DNA of 32,000 nucleotides from Candidatus Saccharimonadota bacterium (GTDB lineage Bacteria; Pseudomonadota; Gammaproteobacteria; Enterobacterales; Enterobacteriaceae): NCBI GenBank assembly GCA_000217635.1, contig CP001817.1, positions 412,926 to 444,925 of the forward strand, read 5' to 3'. Shown piece by piece: positions 29,147 to 32,000 of this stretch (position 1 is its first letter; each line of letters starts with the position of its first letter). The notes under the pieces were generated by a model. It saw only the letters and a program-made list of their open reading frames with translations, ran no database searches and was not told where the DNA came from. The position numbers and the translations under genes were made by a program.

Positions 29147-29488
29147 ATGCCTAATATATTTTTTTACCCTCAAAAATTTATACTTCCAAATGGATTATCT
29201 GTTATAGCTTCTTCAGGAAAATCTATTTTAGATGTTGCATTAGAAAATAATATTCCTATGGAACATGCTTGTGAAAAATCATGTGCTTGTTGTACGTGCC
29301 ACTGTATTATTAGAAAAGGTTTTGAATCATTATCTAAATGTTTAGAAGCAGAAGAGGATCTTTTAGATAAAGCCTGGGGATTAGAAAAATATAGTCGTCT
29401 AGGATGTCAAGCAAGAATTGGAAAAGAAGATATTGACGTTGAAATTCCATTATATAGTGTTCATTATATAAATGAAATGAAAAAATAA
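29147..29488 (+). CDS. fdx: [2Fe-2S] ferredoxin of the ISC system
   Basis: [25 protein letters not shown] and [18 protein letters not shown] align to E. coli Fdx ([43 protein letters not shown]). GGAG lies upstream of the start. Confidence 0.95.
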   Translation: [113 protein letters not shown]

Positions 29489-29500
29489 TTATAGATATAA

Positions 29501-30898
29501 TTATTTTTTATTATAGTAAGGATTATAGCTATTTTTAAAAAATAATCGGATGGGTGTACTAGGTATTTGCAATGCTTTTTGTAAAAAATTTATTAAATAT
29601 TTTTTATAAGAACGAGTTAAAAATTGAGTTTGTGTTCCATGAATAATAATAAGAAATGGATTTTTTCCACCTAAATGAGCATATTTTAAACGAATTGCTT
29701 TTCCTGTAACACCCATCGGTATAGGATGTTTTTTTATTGCTAAATTAATTAATTTCGTTAAATATGATGCAGAAAAATTTCTTATAGATTGATAGTAAAC
29801 TTCGTTAGCAATTTTAAAAAATCTTTTAAACCAGTATTCAATAAAGAAGAAACAAAAAATTTTATTATTTTTAATAAAATGTAAACGCTGTAAAATTTCT
29901 TCTTTTACTTTTTTTCGATTTATTTTCTTTATTAAATCCCATTTATTAATAATAACATAAAATGACTTACCTTTTTTATATACAGTATTTAATATAAATA
30001 AATCTTGTGAACAAACGTATAATGATGCATCTAAGACTACGATAGTAATATGACTAATTTTGATTTCGTTCATAACTTTAAGCATAGAAATATGCTCAAG
30101 AAGATTATTTTTTTTTGTTTTTCTTCGTAAACCTTCAGTATCTGTTAAAATATAACTTTTATCTTTATGTTTTATAATAGAACGAATAATGCCTCGAGTA
30201 GTATTTTCTTTATGATGAACAATCATGCGATTTTTTTTTAAAATTCTATTAATTAAACTTGATTTTCCAACGTTTGATTTTCCAGTAATACAAATTTTAA
30301 TATCTATATCATCTATTGTATTTAATATATTTTTCGAAATTTTATTATTTTTTTTCTTTTTTTCAATTTCTAATTGTTTAAAATTTAAAGATTTTTTATA
30401 AGTTTTATAAAAATTCTTTAAAAAATCATGAATCCCCGTACGATGCATAACAGATATTTTATATATTTCATATATTCCTAAGTCATAAAAATCTAGTAAA
30501 TTATTAAAATTTTTTAATAAATCTACTTTATTGATTAATAAAAATATTTTTTTGTTTTCTAATCGTATTTTTTCTAAAATAAAATATTCAGTATTAGTTA
30601 AACCTACTTGTATATCTACCATAAAAAAAATAAATGTTGACTTTCGGATTGCCAATATAGTTTGAGAATATATTTGAAAATATAAGTTATTAGATTTTTT
30701 GTATTTTGGATCTAAAATTTCAATTCCAGCTGTATCAATTAAAAAAATTTTTTTGTTTATATAGAAAAAATTATAATTTCTATCTCTTGTTGTGCCTGGT
30801 ATAGAATTTACTAAAGCAATATTAGAATCTGTTAAAAAATTAAAGAAACTAGATTTTCCGACATTTGTACGTCCTATTAAAGTAATAATGGGTGTCAT
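29501..30898 (-). CDS. der: GTPase Der (EngA), double GTP-binding domain, with one compensated frameshift pair
   Basis: Both G1 motifs are present (GRTNVGKSS and GKSNVGKSS). GTTRD, DTAG, NKVD/NKWD and the C-terminal LKYAHLGGKNPFLIIIHG...YKKYLINFL...PIRLFFKNSYNPY align to E. coli Der. Confidence 0.9.
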   Translation of the reverse strand: MTPIITLIGRTNVGKSSFFNFLTDSNIALVNSIPGTTRDRNYNFFYINKKIFLIDTAGIEILDPKYKKSNNLYFQIYSQTILAIRKSTFIFFMVDIQVGLTNTEYFILEKIRLENKKIFLLINKVDLLKNFNNLLDFYDLGIYEIYKISVMHRTGIHDFLKNFYKTYKKSLNFKQLEIEKKKKNNKISKNILNTIDDIDIKICITGKSNVGKSSLINRILKKNRMIVHHKENTTRGIIRSIIKHKDKSYILTDTEGLRRKTKKNNLLEHISMLKVMNEIKISHITIVVLDASLYVCSQDLFILNTVYKKGKSFYVIINKWDLIKKINRKKVKEEILQRLHFIKNNKIFCFFFIEYWFKRFFKIANEVYYQSIRNFSASYLTKLINLAIKKHPIPMGVTGKAIRLKYAHLGGKNPFLIIIHGTQTQFLTRSYKKYLINFLQKALQIPSTPIRLFFKNSYNPYYNKK

Positions 30899-30947
30899 AT
30901 ATATTGCTCGTTAAAATTAATAATATATTTTTTTAAAATCAAAAAGA

Positions 30948-31433
30948 CTAATAAAGATATTGATATTCATTTAATATTTTTTTCCAAAATTCTTGATTAA
31001 TTGAATCTTGCATATTTTTTGCTAAAATTATTTTATTTTGTTTAAGATATAGAATTGATATTCTTAACTTTATGAGATCAACTAAAATTTCATCTTTAGT
31101 AAAAGTTAATAGATTAAACAAAATTTTTAATGCATAAGGATATTTTTTTTGGGAATCATATAATTTAGCTAAATTTAATCCAATTAACGTTCCATATATG
31201 TTTTTGTTTTTTTTAAAAAAATTTTTCATATTTATTAAAGAATTAAATTTATTAGTTTTAATTTTATTAAATATATTTTTAAAACTTTCTATTAATTGAG
31301 AATTTTTTTTATATACATAAAATTTATACATCATAATTGAAACAATTATAATAAACAAAAAAATAATAAAATAAACAATTGTATTTGCTTTTTTTATATA
31401 TAAAAAAAATTTTTCTTTGAAATTTTTATACAT
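30948..31433 (-). CDS. yfgM: YfgM-family membrane-anchored TPR-like protein
   Basis: The gene sits immediately upstream of der, as in E. coli. It has an N-terminal TM segment (IVYFIIFLFIIIVSIMMYKFYVY). NKNIYGTLIGLNLAKLY aligns with E. coli NKNTYGALASLELAQQF. Confidence 0.7.
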   Translation of the reverse strand: MYKNFKEKFFLYIKKANTIVYFIIFLFIIIVSIMMYKFYVYKKNSQLIESFKNIFNKIKTNKFNSLINMKNFFKKNKNIYGTLIGLNLAKLYDSQKKYPYALKILFNLLTFTKDEILVDLIKLRISILYLKQNKIILAKNMQDSINQEFWKKILNEYQYLY

Positions 31434-31634
31434 TTTTAATAATCTTATTTTAAAAAAAACCTATTTTATTTTTAATTCAAAAAATAATTTTTATTTTAGA
31501 AATTATTCTTTAATATTTAAAGAATTAATAATTTAACATAATTATTAAAAAAAACCAAATATTTTTTTAAATTTTATTTTATTAAGAATTTAATAAAAAT
31601 ATTTATAAATTTTATTCCCCATGTTATACATATT

Positions 31635-31643
31635 TTATCCACA
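31635..31643 (+). promoter_or_regulatory. DnaA box, perfect consensus TTATCCACA
   Basis: This is an exact 9-mer containing three C's, set in a spacer that is otherwise almost devoid of G/C. Confidence 0.75.
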
Positions 31644-31688
31644 AAAAAAAACATAAAAAAAACTTTATGTATCAATTATATAATAGAG

Positions 31689-31697
31689 TTATCCACA
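31689..31697 (+). promoter_or_regulatory. DnaA box, perfect consensus TTATCCACA
   Basis: This second exact copy lies 54 nt downstream of the first, in the same orientation. Confidence 0.75.
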
Positions 31698-31755
31698 AAA
31701 TATATGCTTCTTAATAACAATTATATATATTTTTTTTTTATGTTTTAAAAAGAAG

Positions 31756-31797
31756 TATACTTATTTAAAGTAATATATCTGTATTTAAATAAGTATA
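31756..31797. repeat. Perfect 14-bp inverted repeat with a 14-nt spacer inside the origin region
   Basis: tatacttatttaaa (31756..31769) and tttaaataagtata (31784..31797) are exact reverse complements. Confidence 0.8.
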
Positions 31798-31813
31798 TAT
31801 ATTTATTGTCTAT

Positions 31814-31925
31814 AAGAAGAATAAGAAGTAGAATAGGGAAGTTGGGGCTAGGAGATAGAGTAGGGAGCCAGGAAAGAAGACAGAATGAGGAAAGCATAAG
31901 AAAAGGACGGGGTTAGGGATAGAAC
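31814..31925 (+). other. G-rich polypurine block with triplet (AAG/AGG/TAG) periodicity
   Basis: A hand count over 112 nt gives 92 purines and 20 pyrimidines, with G=42 and C=7. No ORF is open in either strand. A GAGGTGG Shine-Dalgarno-like motif at 31984..31990 suggests a plus-strand gene starting just beyond the window. Confidence 0.8.
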
Positions 31926-32000
31926 ATTTCAAAATTTCGATTAATAAAAGAACAAGTTTGGGTTAAGATGGGTAGTATTTAAAGAGGTGGAAAAAAAAAC

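Larger units (their letters stand above)
31434..31800. other. oriC: Candidate chromosomal replication origin (oriC): AT-rich spacer, two DnaA boxes and an inverted repeat
   Basis: This is an ORF-free spacer after yfgM. It holds two perfect consensus DnaA boxes in the same orientation. From memory, the position matches the end of the gene map in published Buchnera genomes. Confidence 0.65.

Noticed and set aside
1-32000. Search for CRISPR arrays, IS elements, integrases, phage or plasmid genes, toxin-antitoxin or defence systems
   Set aside because: None were seen. There are no direct-repeat/spacer arrays, no transposase-like or recombinase-like ORFs and no terminal inverted repeats. Every ORF except the orphan is a housekeeping ortholog in conserved synteny.

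Overview
The window is extremely AT-rich and gene-dense, with no transposase, integrase, phage gene or CRISPR array. Gene content and order are: ruvX, trmB divergent from mutY-yggX, sbcB (dead), tRNA-Asn, tRNA-Ile2, dut, rplI-rpsR-rpsF, miaA, orn, tRNA-Gly, rpmE, hslVU, zapB, fpr, an orphan ORF, dapF, tRNA Arg-His-Pro, rho, trxA, rep, ilvC, ilvD, tRNA-Trp, iscS-iscU-hscB-hscA-fdx, der, yfgM, then DnaA boxes. This is the layout of a reduced gammaproteobacterial insect endosymbiont and most resembles Buchnera aphidicola. That assignment rests on synteny recalled from memory, not on a search. The right edge appears to be the chromosomal origin. Four things stand out. (1) I count 21 reading-frame breaks at A/T homopolymers in 10 genes. 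The interior breaks come as six opposite-sign pairs that leave the ORF open but put conserved motifs out of frame, including the MiaA P-loop and the HscA GIDxGT motif. This is either real compensatory frameshifting or slippage dependence, or homopolymer assembly error, and I cannot tell which from the sequence. (2) A 418-aa orphan ORF with no family I recognise sits between fpr and dapF. It is less AT-biased than neighbouring fast-evolving genes and is flanked by a long empty spacer. (3) The origin region has two perfect TTATCCACA boxes, a 14-bp inverted repeat and a 112-nt G-rich polypurine block (G:C about 6:1) that I cannot explain. (4) There are several gene-decay and remodelling events: an in-frame mutY-yggX read-through, a dead sbcB, a dut ORF lacking its catalytic Asp motifs, a lid-less hscA, an empty spacer where mutL would be expected, and a stripped-down ISC cluster. 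All homology statements are by-eye alignments to E. coli sequences recalled from memory.
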